Below are positions 48,870 through 64,000 of a stretch of 64,000 bases of DNA, one piece after another. Position numbers and translations under genes: made by a program. The stretch lies in assembly GCF_009914755.1 (NCBI RefSeq), contig NC_060931.1, one strand, 5' to 3'. Each line of letters begins with the position of its first letter. Positions within the stretch are counted from its first letter, which is position 1. The stretch comes from the human T2T-CHM13v2.0 reference genome, Homo sapiens. Below the pieces are notes generated by a model. That model was not told where the DNA came from. It did no database searches and saw only the letters and a program-made list of their open reading frames with translations.

Positions 48870-49430
48870 ACTGTTTTTTCTAATGCTACATGCCCATGAA
48901 AATCACCTGGGCTGGGTCAGGACTTTGTTTTAGTCCTCAGGTGATTTTAATACACAGCCAGGGTTGTGAATTATCGGACTAAACTCACAGAGTGGTCCTT
49001 GGGCTAGTACTATCAGCATCATCCTGGGAACTTGTTAGAAATGCAGAATTTGGGGCTCCATGTCAGCCCTCCTGAATCAAATCCTGCATCTTAACAAGAT
49101 ATTTAGGTGATTCATATGCACGTTAAAGTTTTAAAAAACCAAGATTTCCAACAAGCTCCCAGGTGATGCTGATACTGCGGTTCACGGACAACTCTGGTCA
49201 CGGACTACGCTGGGTAGCAGAGTTCTCGAGTTGTGCTACTCAGAAGGTTTATGGCAGAGCTACTCGCAGTATGATCCGAGAATCGCGAGCCTCGCCTGAC
49301 TTGGATTCACATTAGACATGAAAAGTCTTAGGACCCATGCCAGACCTAGGGATCGGGACCTCTGGGAGTGGGGTCCAGGAATCTGTGTTTTATCAAGCTC
49401 TCCCTCACTAAAATTTGAGAAGGACCACCC
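48870..49430. mobile_element. Cluster of MER5A/MER5B fragments
   Basis: 'cagcatcatcctgggaacttgttagaaatgcagaa', 'aacaagctcccaggtgatgctgat', 'ggggtccaggaatctgtgtttt'. Confidence 0.7.
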
Positions 49431-49971
49431 TAGAGAGAATCCACATCGACTTCAGATGGCTCTGAGCCTCCAGTTAATTTAGGGAGTGGCTGGGGATGTG
49501 TTATTACCAAGAGGCCCCACTTCATGAGAGAGCTGCTGCATGTGATGAGCTCCCTCATCACAGCCTCACTTGTCTCCAATCCCAGGGATGCCCGTTTTGC
49601 AGTGGGTCTCGAATGTGTGACCAGTTTTACACAGGAGTGAGCTGACGGTGCCTTGCCTCTTTCCTCGTACCACATGCATGTACAGCCCTTGGGCACTGCA
49701 CCTACCCATGTATCAGGTGATCCAGAAGGCTGTTAGTGTTGAGGGGGGCCGAGACCCAGAGAGGGCTGTCAGGTGGATCCAAGGACAACTTCGCAGCTGT
49801 TTGCATTGTTTGATCCAGCAGAACGGATGGTGCTGGAGGCATCCTTTGGATAATGATTCTGTGTGAGTCAGTGCAAGCCCCGTTGCAGAGTTGCAGCTCA
49901 GGGCCCAGGAGTTCTGGAGCAAAACCATTTGCTTGGCAGCACAGAACTGCGTATTATTTGAGAAGGACTAA

Positions 49972-50475
<504 letters not shown>

Positions 50476-50867
50476 TGATGTCACCCACCTCTTTAGTACT
50501 GACACCTCTCCTCCACCTCCATGGCTGTAGCCTCAGGGGTAAGGGATCCTTTTAACCAGCTGGCAGGAAACTAAAAACTTGGGACTAACTCACAGATGGG
50601 TCAGAATGACATGTTGGTGGCAGCTAAAAATGTAGTTGTTCAATACTGTCCTTCCCAGGGCTGGCCTGAATCACCAGGGGTAATGGAAGTCCCTTCAGTG
50701 GGCAGAGATGTGAGCAGTACTTGCACCACCATCCCCACTGGCCCAGTTGTGGAGTTATCCTTCCTCTCCCCAGACCTTAAGCTCTGCTGTGTTAGAGTCC
50801 TGCATCCCGGGAGATGATGCCTCCACTGGAGAATACCCAAGGGTGCCCTGGACCAACAGTCAAAGAA

Positions 50868-51010
50868 GTCACCGTACTGGCCTGGGTACTGGGTCACTGT
50901 GCTGGTATGGGTAGTGGATCACTGTATTGGCATGGGTACTGGGTCACTGTGCTGGCGTGGGTACTGGGTCACTGTACTGGCATGGGTACTAGGTCGCTGT
51001 ACTGGCATGG
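50868..51010 (+). repeat. 25-bp minisatellite, consensus GTCACTGTACTGGCATGGGTACTGG, about 5.7 diverged copies
   Basis: 25-bp periodicity read directly. Confidence 0.92.
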
Positions 51011-52442
51011 TGAATTGGTGCCAGTGACCACGAGGTGCCTGGGTTGCTGCTATACAGTGGAGCAGAAGAAATCTGTCTGGAACCCAGGTGACTCGCCAGG
51101 TGTCCCATGGTGCTCCCACACTGGTATACTGTCAGTGGACAGTTGTGACGAACAATCGTGAGTCCACTAAACACTTTAAGAAGGGTCTGGGGTACCATGA
51201 CACCAGCACCCTAGACCAGCTAAAATGCTGGCTAAGAGTGGGAGGGTTGTGCTCCTTTTCTCCCTCACTTCTTCTTCACGGGAATTCCGCTTCCTGATAA
51301 TGCTGAACCCAGGCTAGGGCAGAGCTATCTGAATCTGTAGAGCAAAGAGAAGACAGTGTCTCCACAGAGTCAAGACATTTACTATGACATCTGTGGCTCC
51401 AGCGTTCACCACAATGGTCTCTTTAGGAAAGGATTCCCAGAAGAACATGTATCGGCCAAGGAGAAGACGGTGGCTCAACGCACATTCTCATTTGGCGAAA
51501 GTGCATTGAACAACTGCCTAACGCCCGTCAGTCCGTCTGGACTTAGGAAAACCCATGTGTAATGAAGAGCCTGTGGCCGCTTAGCATTAGAGGAATGTCA
51601 GCGGCTCAGGGCAGCACAGCTCTTTCTCGGGGCCCTGATTTATGGAACCCTGGGCTTTGCTGAACTCACAGGCATGGACACCAATCTTAAGCTGTAGCAT
51701 GAAGCCTCGTGGTAACTCAAAAGGGAAAACAAGAACCACTTTCCTCAACTGTTTGTAAACTTATATTAGCTTCAGAATTCTGCATAACGTAGACTCACAT
51801 GGCTTTGTCTATGTGAGTGGGATTTGAAGCCAAGTTGAATCTCCTGGCTTCGGATTCTCTATTTTGTAACTGCAGATGGGATATGATTTATTAACTTTGT
51901 CGCTAGCTATTTGAAAAAGGAGCTCTTACTATGGAGAAGAAATTGTTACATTCCTATCACCCGCAAAATAGGACTTGACTCTTTCTTCCTCAAATTAACT
52001 AAAGTCAACCTGTTTTCAATTGGTGATATTCCTTCATTAGTTTTAATTCATTTTTCAGCACACCTGATTTTTTAATTCATTATGCTTTTGATGGAAATTA
52101 ATTAGTTTCTTTTAGATCTAAAACAATATTATTGTGGGCACTCAGACATTGTTACACAAAAGGGCCTTATTATGAAGCTGGTCTCAGAATGAAAGCCTGG
52201 GTCTGTTTCATAGGAAACTCGCCTGACGATGAAGCCATCGGGACGCTGAGGCTTTTTGGCTGCCTGGTTCTGAGCCTCAGTTTTCCCATCTGTGAAATGA
52301 GGAGCTTGAGCCAGATGAACTCTAAACTTTTGTTTGATGAGCACAACAAAATGAAATAAAATCTTATAAAATAGATATATGAAGATGTATATGAAGGTTT
52401 ATGGTAATATTATGTTGATCAAACATTTTCTTAGCCCAATAG

Positions 52443-52829
<387 letters not shown>

Positions 52830-53723
52830 TGAGTTTGTATTTCTTTAATTAGGTTTAGGTAACGGCCTAGGGAAAACGGGAATTGCTTACACAGACAGGT
52901 GAGGAGGAGAGTACTCCATCAGACCCACCCTAAATTGAATTAAGACTCAGGACCCTTGATGTGCTCAGCTGGATGGGCCTTGGATGTGCTAGCCTGGCTC
53001 CCAGGGAACTGTCGAGCTGGGCACCCACAGTGTTGCTCATCTGCCCCAGATGGACAACTGCCTGTAATTTAATGTCTTTTCCAACAGGGAGCTATGAAAC
53101 TGAATTTTACTACACCAAAGAAAAACCCGCTTCCCTAACTATAATTTCAACAAGGAAGAGTTTACACAGAAAAATCCCATTTAAAAAGTGCCACTTAATG
53201 TAATACAGACAGCAGCTCTCCAGCCCGAGTGCCACACAGAGAACCTCACTGTTTGCCCAAGGCCTTGGAGACAGAAGTCAGACCTGTGAGCCTCTCGTGC
53301 TGCTGATTCAGCCTGATTAAACAAGAGCCCTAATTTTTATCAAATGTGCAGTTTGGTATTCACAATCCTTTATGAGTAGAACCTCCTGAATTAATCAAAC
53401 GACTGGTTACCAAATAAAATTTTTTTCAAGAAAAGAGCTTATGACATCATACTTTATTAGCTAGGATGTATGTTTCATCAGAACATCTGTCATCACACAA
53501 GAGACAGAGAATGGACTACCTGAAAAATCTACGCTTAACTACCTGGAGCAGAGAGGCAAAGTGGGTCAGCTGCCCAAAGGTGCAGCTTCGGAGAGCGGAG
53601 GTCGCGAGAGCCAGGTTGGCGGGGAGGGATGCTGGGTGGTGAGGCTGGGCCACTTCAGCCTGGAGGGTGAGGGCAGAGCCAAAATCTTAATTGTAGGTTG
53701 TTAACCAAACCCATTGAAAGAGA

Positions 53724-54076
<353 letters not shown>

Positions 54077-57000
54077 TTAGGCAGGCCAGCGAGACTGGAA
54101 ACCAGGTAACAAAAGTGCCCTAAAAGCCACTCTTGGCTCAGGGTCTCTTCAGCAGTGGGCTCCCTTTAGCATTCAGAGAGAATTCTCTCCACGTGCTTCT
54201 CCTTTTTTTTTTTTTTAAACAAATGCAGCCTAGTCAATTAAAAAGAAATTCCATTTGCAGTGTTTATTTAACACTGAACAGGTTGCTTGCTGTATGAAAC
54301 CAAAATAATAAAAGTAAAATAAAATTTGAGTGAATAAATTACTGGTACATTTAGAAAGCGGATGAATTGGCAGCATAAACAGATTGAAACTGTGGTTTCT
54401 AGAATAAATTCAGTAGAAATGAAATTTGATTTGAGCTGCTCTGCTACCTACAACTTTGCAGAAATCCCATTTAATAATTTTAGACCGTATTCCCAATTAT
54501 TTGATGCAGAAGGGTGAGTTTGTATTTCTTGATAACACATATGTATTTCTGTTTGAAGTAAATGAGAGTAACTTGCACATACCAGAAGGAAAGTGCGTCC
54601 CAGGAATTTTATTAACTATATGTTTAGGTTGCTGAGAAATGACATTCTCTCTTAATTTCATGAACTGAGTAGTAAAAGAGCTCACTGGGGATGTGTGCCC
54701 AACACATGCATGTACACACACACACAGGCAAGGAAAAATGTGCTGGCATATCCTTTTGGGTATGCAGTTAATATACTGTTTAAAGGGATCTCAATAAAGA
54801 TTTCCTATAAATTATGTTTATTGCATGAAAATAAGTAGAGTCTAAGGTGTGCATTCTAAATGTGCTTGGGGAATTCCAGCCTTTGATTTTAAAAGGAGAA
54901 GGACATTTGTTTAAGGAATTTGATTATCTACTGATAGGTCATTTCTGAAAAGAATATGGCACATTCATCTTGGATCCCAGTGGAGGCTTTACTGCGGACT
55001 GCCTTCCCCAAGGCCCTGCTCCCTGCACACCTCACTCTCAACAGCCTCCTGGTTCTTTGCGAAAAGGAAGCCATCCACCACTCTATAAATCCTCTCTAAA
55101 CATATGTATGTGGACTCATTCTTATTTACCTCCCTCCTGTCCTAAAGAGTATTACTGCTTCCGTTGAAGGCTAAAATTTCCCCCACTTCTCTGAACTCAT
55201 CTTTTCCACAAGCTTGGCTCTGTTCTTGCCTTTATCTGGAACCCTGTGAGCACACTCAGCACATTTCCTAGACAGCCGTGTCTTTACCCCTGGTTCCTAT
55301 CAGGAGATCCCCTTCTCCTCCCGCTACGAGGGGCAGCAGCAGCCCTCTCCCCTCTCCACGACCCTCTTTAGTCTGGCTGCTGCTTGTCAGGTCCGCACTG
55401 GAACTGCCCCCAGCAGGTGAAAGGTGACCTGTCCATCTCCACCTGTAGAGGTCTATGTTGGTCCTCATCACCTTGGCCCTACTGCGCGGCTGGCTGTCCC
55501 CAGTGCCACCCCAGTGTTCTCAGGTTTTCTAGTCTCTGACAGCTGCCGCTTAGTGTAATCAAGCTTCTTTTTTTTTTTGCTTTCCCATTAAGCATTGTTC
55601 TTGTGGAGAGCTGCAATGCCTCCAGCTCTTCTCTGTTCATGCCTCTCACGTACACCTGAAACCTCCAAACCCTGCCTTTGCGATTTCAACCTTTACTCCT
55701 GGAACTCACATGTGTGCCCTGCTGTCTAGATGCCCCATGGACTCCTCGATGTACCATCGACTTCATCAAGTTCATTATTTCTTGCCCAGACCAGTTCCTC
55801 TGTCACTATCGACTTGGTCGCCATAAACCTAGAAATCCTGGGATGGTCTTAAATTCTTTCCTTCTTCCATTAAATGGCCAGATTTTCCTGATTCTATTTC
55901 TAAAAATAATTGTAATTTATTTAGTATTTACCGAGGCCTTTAACAAGCTATGCTGAGGCAGCTGTCTGACAGAGGAGACTCCTTATGGCCATGGCCACAA
56001 GAGTAGTAAGTGACAGAAGGAGGATTGGAAGCAAGCGTGTGGGATTGCAAAGCCGGCCTTCCTCCTCTTGCCTGCTTCTCACGCTGGTCTTTGTTGACGC
56101 TGTCATGCTCTCATTATCTCTCACTGGATTAATGCTCTCAGATGTTTTTGCTACTGTTTATCCTAAAGGAATTTTTGAAAGCCGTGTGTCCCCTTGCACA
56201 TTTTAAAAAGGATATTAAATTCATTTTGTACCTGCAAATAGTTGCAAGGAATATTTACTGTAAGTAATCACATTTTAAAACAAAACCATGACATCATTCT
56301 TCTGAATGGAGCAACTAGAATATCCCTTAGATGACACCATTTTCTATTTCAAAAGTATGTGGAAAACATTTTCTTTGACAGTTGGAGGTGGTGCTGATAC
56401 ACTATTGCACTCCGCTGCACCCCTCCCAGAATTAGACCCTAATATAATGTTCTTTTATGCTTGAAAAACAGTTATTAATCATACTATCGTACTTTCCTGC
56501 AACATACGTATCACATCTACCCATACACACATGTGCATATGTGCACAAGCACATACACATACAAACCGTATTTGAAATGTGCTTATTTCCAGTGACCATA
56601 AACTTAAAAAACAAATTCCATCTCGAGCTGTTATGATGATAGTTCTTATGACACAGTTGATCAGGATTCTATAATATATTACAAACTTCATAAATAATTA
56701 TTAAACCTATAAAATGTTAATTGGAAACGCATCTCTTAACGAGATGGATTCAGGGGCATTTATGTTTTGGGGTCCTGATGAAAGGAATTCCAGTTGTTCC
56801 TTTGTTTTGGTACCCAGAAGGATGTTATTTTAAAAATCCCTTATCGGAACTCTCCAAGCATCTTCAGCACTTTTCCTGACAGTCCTGTCTTCCTTACGTC
56901 CTTCAGATGCAGGATGACAGGAGCCTTCTCTTGTTAAAGTAGGAGGAGGGTGATCGTGAAAGGGAAGTTGAGAGGGAGTAGCTGGAGTCAGGCAGGCTTC

Positions 57001-57172
57001 TTGAGCAGGCAGCTTTCAGAAGGAGGACGCATGGAAGGTGGATATCTACTAATAGAAGTTGATTCCCTTAAAACTGCCTGTGTTTGAAAAGTTCATAGAG
57101 TACACACTTAGCCCCAGGGGAACAGGGAACATAGAAGACCACCACCCAGGCCACGTTCTGCAATGACTATAG

Positions 57173-57479
<307 letters not shown>

Positions 57480-58901
57480 TGGAGTTTTCTTTTCTAAATA
57501 TGCCACTTCTCTTCTTCCGGACCCCCTTGAGGCCCAGCGCATCAGATCTTCACTTCCTGGCCTGGTATTTAAGACTTTTCATACCCGTCCTTTCTCTGTT
57601 TAGAGTTTCCATTTGCCGTCCGAACTTTCCCTTTCAAAGGTTTCCTTTTCTCTCCAAATGAATGCACCCCTCCTCTGCTGGACTGTTCTTGAACAAATCC
57701 CCTGGCCTGGAATGCGCTTGTACTACATGTCTTCAGGATGCTCCAGCATCATGTCTTCCCCGGAGATGCACCCACTCCTGGCTCATTCACTCTTTATCTT
57801 CACCACTCAGCGTTGCTGCTCCTGCCCTGCCTGCTGAGGTCTGAGCTCCTTTCCTGGCAACACTCCCCTTTCGACCTTGTATCCTTGAGTAGTGCAAAGC
57901 CCAGGACACAGAGTTTAGAATGGAATTTGTATAGTTTCTAATGGCAAGAAATTAGACTTCCTGGACATTTGTGGGAACATGGATTTATTAGTCTTTAGGA
58001 AGGTAATTTTTAAGGAAAATTTGTTTAACCACTTCAGTATATGTTCAATGGTTGAGAGGGTAATTTTTGACTTCAGAGAATATTACAAGGAAATACCATG
58101 AATTTGGAAGATCCTGTGAGCCTTATTCTGACTAGTGAATTTCAATTTAGAGCAGGCCAGAGAATTCATTTTGATGGATGATTCTTAGAGGGCGGCGTAT
58201 TTTGATAATAGATTGGAATGTTGCTGATAGCTGGCCATTGCCTGTGTTACAACAAGTAGTCTTTTAGTTAGCAGGATCATTTGTTTATTTTCTTGTTACT
58301 GTACCTATCTGTGTAACTTAGGTCTTTCTTAAAAAAGCTGTTCCAAAGCTCACGTGGAGAGTTTGTGATAGAAGAGTTGACAGACCTTTAGTTATGAAGG
58401 CAGTGCTTGGCCTCACAATAAAATATTAGCTTGGCTGGAGAGAGAATTCAGAAGTTTGGAAGAATAATATGTATTTTCATAAGTCGAAATGACCAATCAT
58501 TCACAAGTTGAGAAAGGACTTAAGGCTCAGTAGAGTTTCTTGGAGTTATGTAACATCAGTCAAAACTTGGAGGATGTAGGCTTCTATACTTACAAGGTAT
58601 TTTCTTCCACATTGCTGTCCTGTGACAAAAGCCAGGTAGGAGAATGAAGAGCACCTGCCCTGGGAATGGACCCACCCCCCTTCGAGTCTGGCCCTGCCAC
58701 TCATCAGGCACATGGCTTTGGCAAGCTAAGAAGCCTTCTTCTCTGCATCCAATCCTCATCTGTCAAAGGGGACAGCAATGCTATGTATCTCATGAGAACA
58801 TTTAAAGTACTAAGTAAATATATGGAAAGCATGTGTAACGTTGCTTGGCATGGAGTAAGGGGTGACTTATTTTACTCTTTTCTGGAATGAAAATAAGATG
58901 C

Positions 58902-59527
58902 CTTTTACACTGTTGGTGGGACTGTAAACTAGTTCAGCCATTGTGGAAGACAATGCGGCGATCCCTCAAGGATCTAGAACTAGAAATACCATTTGACCTA
59001 GCTATCCCATTACTGGGTATATACCCAAATGATTATAAATCATGCTGCTATAAAGACACATGCACACGTATGTTTATTGCAGCACTATTCACAATAGCAA
59101 AGACTTGGAACCAACCCAAATGTCCATCAGTGATAGACTGCATTAAGAAAATGTGGCACATATACACCATGGAATACTATGCGGCCATAAAAAAGGATGC
59201 GTTCATGTCTTTTGTAGGGACATGGATGAAGCTGGAAACCATCATTCTCAGCAAACTATCGCAAGAACAAAAAAACCAAACACCGCATGTTCTCACTCAT
59301 AGGTGGGAATTGAACAATGAGAACACTTGGACACAGGAAGGGGAACATCACACACCGGGGCCTGTTGTGGGGTAGGGGGAGGGGGGAGGGAAAGAATTAA
59401 GAGATATACCTAATGTAAATGACGACTTAATAGGTGCAGAACACCAACATGGCACATGTATACATATGTAACAAACCTGCACGTTGTGCAAGTGTACCCT
59501 AGAACTTAAAGTATAACAAAAAAAAAA
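58902..59527 (+). mobile_element. 5'-truncated L1PA (about PA4-5) 3' end
   Basis: ORF2 C-terminus [16 protein letters not shown], 3' UTR 'cctaatgtaaatgacg', A tail; TSD aaga(tg/ca)cctttta. Confidence 0.93.
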
Positions 59528-60975
59528 GAAGACACCTTTTATTATTTCTAAGCATCCTCTGAGTTCTTGACCAAACCTGATGGTGCAACTAAATAAACCC
59601 CGTGCATGCATGATTAGTAATTCAAAATTATACCCTACGTGTTGGCATTTTCACTTGTTGGAGTGAAAATTATCATTTTATTAAAATTCACTTAAAGCTT
59701 GTTGAAAGCAGGCAGAGATGCTATCTGCCCCAAATAATAAGCTTTTAGAGACAATGTCTTTCTTGAAGACATGATATAGTCTTTTTTAATTGAATTATTT
59801 GGCGTTATTAACATTTTAATGAAGGAATTATTCTATTTTCATATTTCTTAGAAACTAATATTTAATTTCCTTTTTATGTTAATAATATAAGTATTTAGCA
59901 TATTTAAAATCTCAGTTAAAACTAATTTATACTTATATTTTCATAAAGATAGAAGCGTAATATGCTTCTTTGCATTGCGTGTTTATGTTCTTGCTTTGTC
60001 CAAGTTTTCCCTTTTCCTTAGCTATATTTTGAAAATACCAGTCTCAAGGGAATAATAATTGAGATCAGTAATATCTTGGATGAAAAAGCTTGCCAATCAT
60101 GCCGGTGTTATGAGGATGTGTATTTTTAAGAGGAGACTTACTAAGTAAGATTCACTGGCATTGGGCGGCTTGATATATGTGATTTATGGGAACACCTTTC
60201 AGTAATTTTACACAGTCCACCAGAAAACCTTCCTCATAGGTAGAAATGAGGTTGAACCCAGAAGAAACGGCCTTTGGAAAAGAATTGGACATTGAAGCTA
60301 AGCGGCTAAATAGCTTCAGACATCCCTAGAGGAAGAAAAATAAGATTTAAAGTGTTATTATTAAAGAATATGATCTATAAATAAAATGGTATATTCTCAT
60401 ACCCCTGACAGATTTTGACAAATAAGAGAAAAATGTGTGCTTAATAGGAAAAATGTGTTTGAAGTATGTTTTACACTATTTAATGCCGCTGGTGCACTGA
60501 GAGGTTGCTGGTGGACTTGATGTTGAGTTAATCTTGGTGAACAAATAGAGAAGGAAGGATTGCTTGGCGCTGGAGGTCTGCTTTGTGCAGAGCAGCTTTG
60601 TTGACAGTCAAATTAGAGGACCGGCCTCAGTGCCAGTTCTCAGCACCTCGCGGATAATGAGCTTTGGACGAGAGTGTGGGTCTAGGCTTTTTTTTTTTTT
60701 TAACTTGAGATTCTTTAAATCATTTTGAAATTTTGATTTTAAAAATAGTTCTGGCTAATATTCCGTAGAAGTATAGAAAACTGGCCAGCCGAGAGCGACG
60801 GATGGCACCAGGCCTTTGAAGGGTAGCTTGTGTGTTTGGAAGATATGTGCTGCATTGCTGTGGGTACCGTGCTGTCACTAGCCATCACCACTGCCAACAC
60901 ATCAGTTTCACGAGTCTTGCAAAAAATGAGATTTAAAAGTTTATTTAAATCTCATTTATTTAAAAGTTTTTTTTT

Positions 60976-61391
<416 letters not shown>

Positions 61392-62022
61392 TCACCCACC
61401 CCCAGAGTTTTTCTGAGAGAATCATCTCATATGGGTGCAGAATGTTACCTTATGGTCAAACTAATTAGCTCTGTTTTCCTACCTGACCGTGTGGATAAGG
61501 GAGCATTTGTCATTTGGATGATGCTCAGTGTATATAGTCATCCCTCCATTCCAGGACCCCTGCATGAACCAAAACCCACACGTGGGAAAAGTTAGTTCTC
61601 CACGTACGCAGGCTTCACATCCTGTGAATACTGTATTTTCAATCCACACTTGGTTGAAAAAAAAAAATGTGCATAGAAATGGACCCATATTGTTTAAGGG
61701 TCATCTGTACATTGACTTTCCATTGCAAAGATGGAAAGTAACCTATTGCTCAGCCTCGACTTGGACATGGTTTGTAGTCCTAAGTGGATTCTGGAGTTCA
61801 TTTAGTAAACAATTTTGGAGGGCATCTATTAAGTACCAGCTGCTGGCAATATAGCCATAAACATAACTGTCCTCAAGGATGTCACAATCCAATCTGGCCT
61901 GTGTTTTAAAATTATTGTGTGTGTGTGTGTATGTGTTTAATCAAGTGATTTTAATATTAAAAACTCTGTTAGAAAATTTTATAATTAAATTTTATATATA
62001 TGCATTTGTATGCATTAAAATA

Positions 62023-62564
<542 letters not shown>

Positions 62565-62719
62565 TTTTTTTAAAATGCTTTACACATTTTTAAATTTGAG
62601 AGTATGGAATAGGGGTTATAACTTCTAGAGACAGGATACTTGAGAAGGATATTATAGATCTTACTTTCTTAGAAAACTTTTAGGAGCCAAAGGTTATGTA
62701 CGGTGTGGTAGAGGAACCA

Positions 62720-62940
62720 TAGAGGTTTTGAAATCATCTGACTTCAGTTCATATCTCAACTCTGTTCCTTCCTAGTTTTGTGACTGAGAGAAGACTACCT
62801 AAGCTCTGCAGACCTTAGATGCCTTATCTGAAAATATAAATAATTAATGTAACAATACATACCTTATAGAGTATGTGTGCAGATTAAATCAGATAATGTA
62901 ACTCCTGCAACACAGTAGATGCTTGCTAAATGTTAATGAT
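62720..62940 (+). mobile_element. MIR
   Basis: 'ttcctagttttgtgact...cttatctgaaaata...gattaaatcagataatgta...cacagtagatgcttgctaaatgtta'. Confidence 0.6.
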
Positions 62941-63299
62941 TGCCCCCTGTCTCATTTCCTTACCTGAAATCTCAATACTAATTACTGGTGTTTGTTGTTG
63001 AGTGCTAAAGGTGATCTGATTAGTATAGGGTCACAGAGCAACCATATTCCGTAATGCCAACACGAAGATCTTTCAATGAGAATGAAATGCAATTTTTATA
63101 TTTTTATTCATGAAATTTTAGAGTCACATAACTACACTTGAATGCCTTTGTTCATGAGAAAACATAGAAGTGACAATTTAGTATTTCTCTGCAATATCTT
63201 CTGTAAACATTGAAAGAATATTTGAGGGATTTTCGATCAGATGTCAGACTGAAGTACCTTCTGCAGCCACTCCTTCTCACTCCAAATAATAGAAACAAC

Positions 63300-64000
63300 A
63301 AAAAAGATAGGTACATAGATAACAGAAAAGATGGGAAGGGATGTATTATGAGGAATCGCTATAGAGAACAGACAAAGTTGGATTGAAAAGAAACCTACAA
63401 AAGATGGGACGAACACTAGAGTTAGGAGACACTGAGAGCAGGGTGGACCCAGGTGCACATGCAGGGTGGCTCAGTGAACTCTAACTGCTTCATCTACAGT
63501 GTCCTCCAGACCCTGTACGTCCTAATCCAGCCCTGCTGTGGCCACAGATTTGCCTGCCCACTTGTGACAGCTATCAGTATCAGGACTTAGGCCTAAGAGA
63601 GAGGTCACTTTTCTAGTGAGCTGGGAGGACAGAAGAGCCCTTCACTCCCAGAAGATGATCTAGATAAGATCCTCAAGAGCACATCCAGGTCCTTCTCTCA
63701 CTGCAGGGGATAGACACAGCAGATATTCTTACCTGGAATCTCAAATAGAAAGATGAGCACCACACCAAGAATCACTAGACAGCTGGGGAATGACAACACC
63801 ATGAAAGAGAGACACCCACTCAACAAAAAATACTTATGCAAGGAAATGCTGAATAGAACAAGCAGAAGAGAACTACAGAAAAGGTACATTTACTATTTTA
63901 GGAGAGGTGCAAGAACATATTGCATCCATTAGAAATGGATGAACCTGTAAATTAAACATTGATTGTTGCAATAAAAATTAAACAGGCTGAAGACAAAAGT
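63300..64000 (+). mobile_element. Old L1ME/HAL1-like 5'/ORF1-region fragment (runs off the window)
   Basis: A-rich 'aatcactagacagctgggg...caccatgaaagagag...atattgcatccatt...ggctgaagacaaaagt'. Confidence 0.4.

Noticed and set aside
58887-59375. 162-aa ORF
   Set aside because: Frameshifted L1 ORF2 C-terminal remnant, not a host gene

Overview
Primate (hominid, most likely human) genomic DNA that is almost entirely intronic. It contains one coding exon on the + strand (29962-30095, 134 nt), which I recognise as part of SDK1 (Sidekick-1, Ig-domain region; probably exon 5, chr7p22 from memory). The rest is a repeat landscape: about 20 Alus, a 5'-inverted (twin-primed) L1PA2-like element with an intact 15-bp TSD, a short older L1PA 3' end, old L1M pieces, MaLR LTRs (MST, MLT1), an ERVL internal fragment, DNA-transposon remnants, MIR/L2, and micro/minisatellites. 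I see no prokaryotic-type system, CRISPR array or RNA gene, and I cannot support a new biological system. The most unusual structure is a ~390-bp insertion splitting an MLT1A LTR, made of a direct copy of DNA ~745 bp upstream joined to an inverted copy of DNA ~600 bp downstream. Several smaller local-templating or fold-back scars also occur, including a hairpin-unit VNTR. Repeat subfamily names and the boundaries of old repeats were judged by eye and are approximate.
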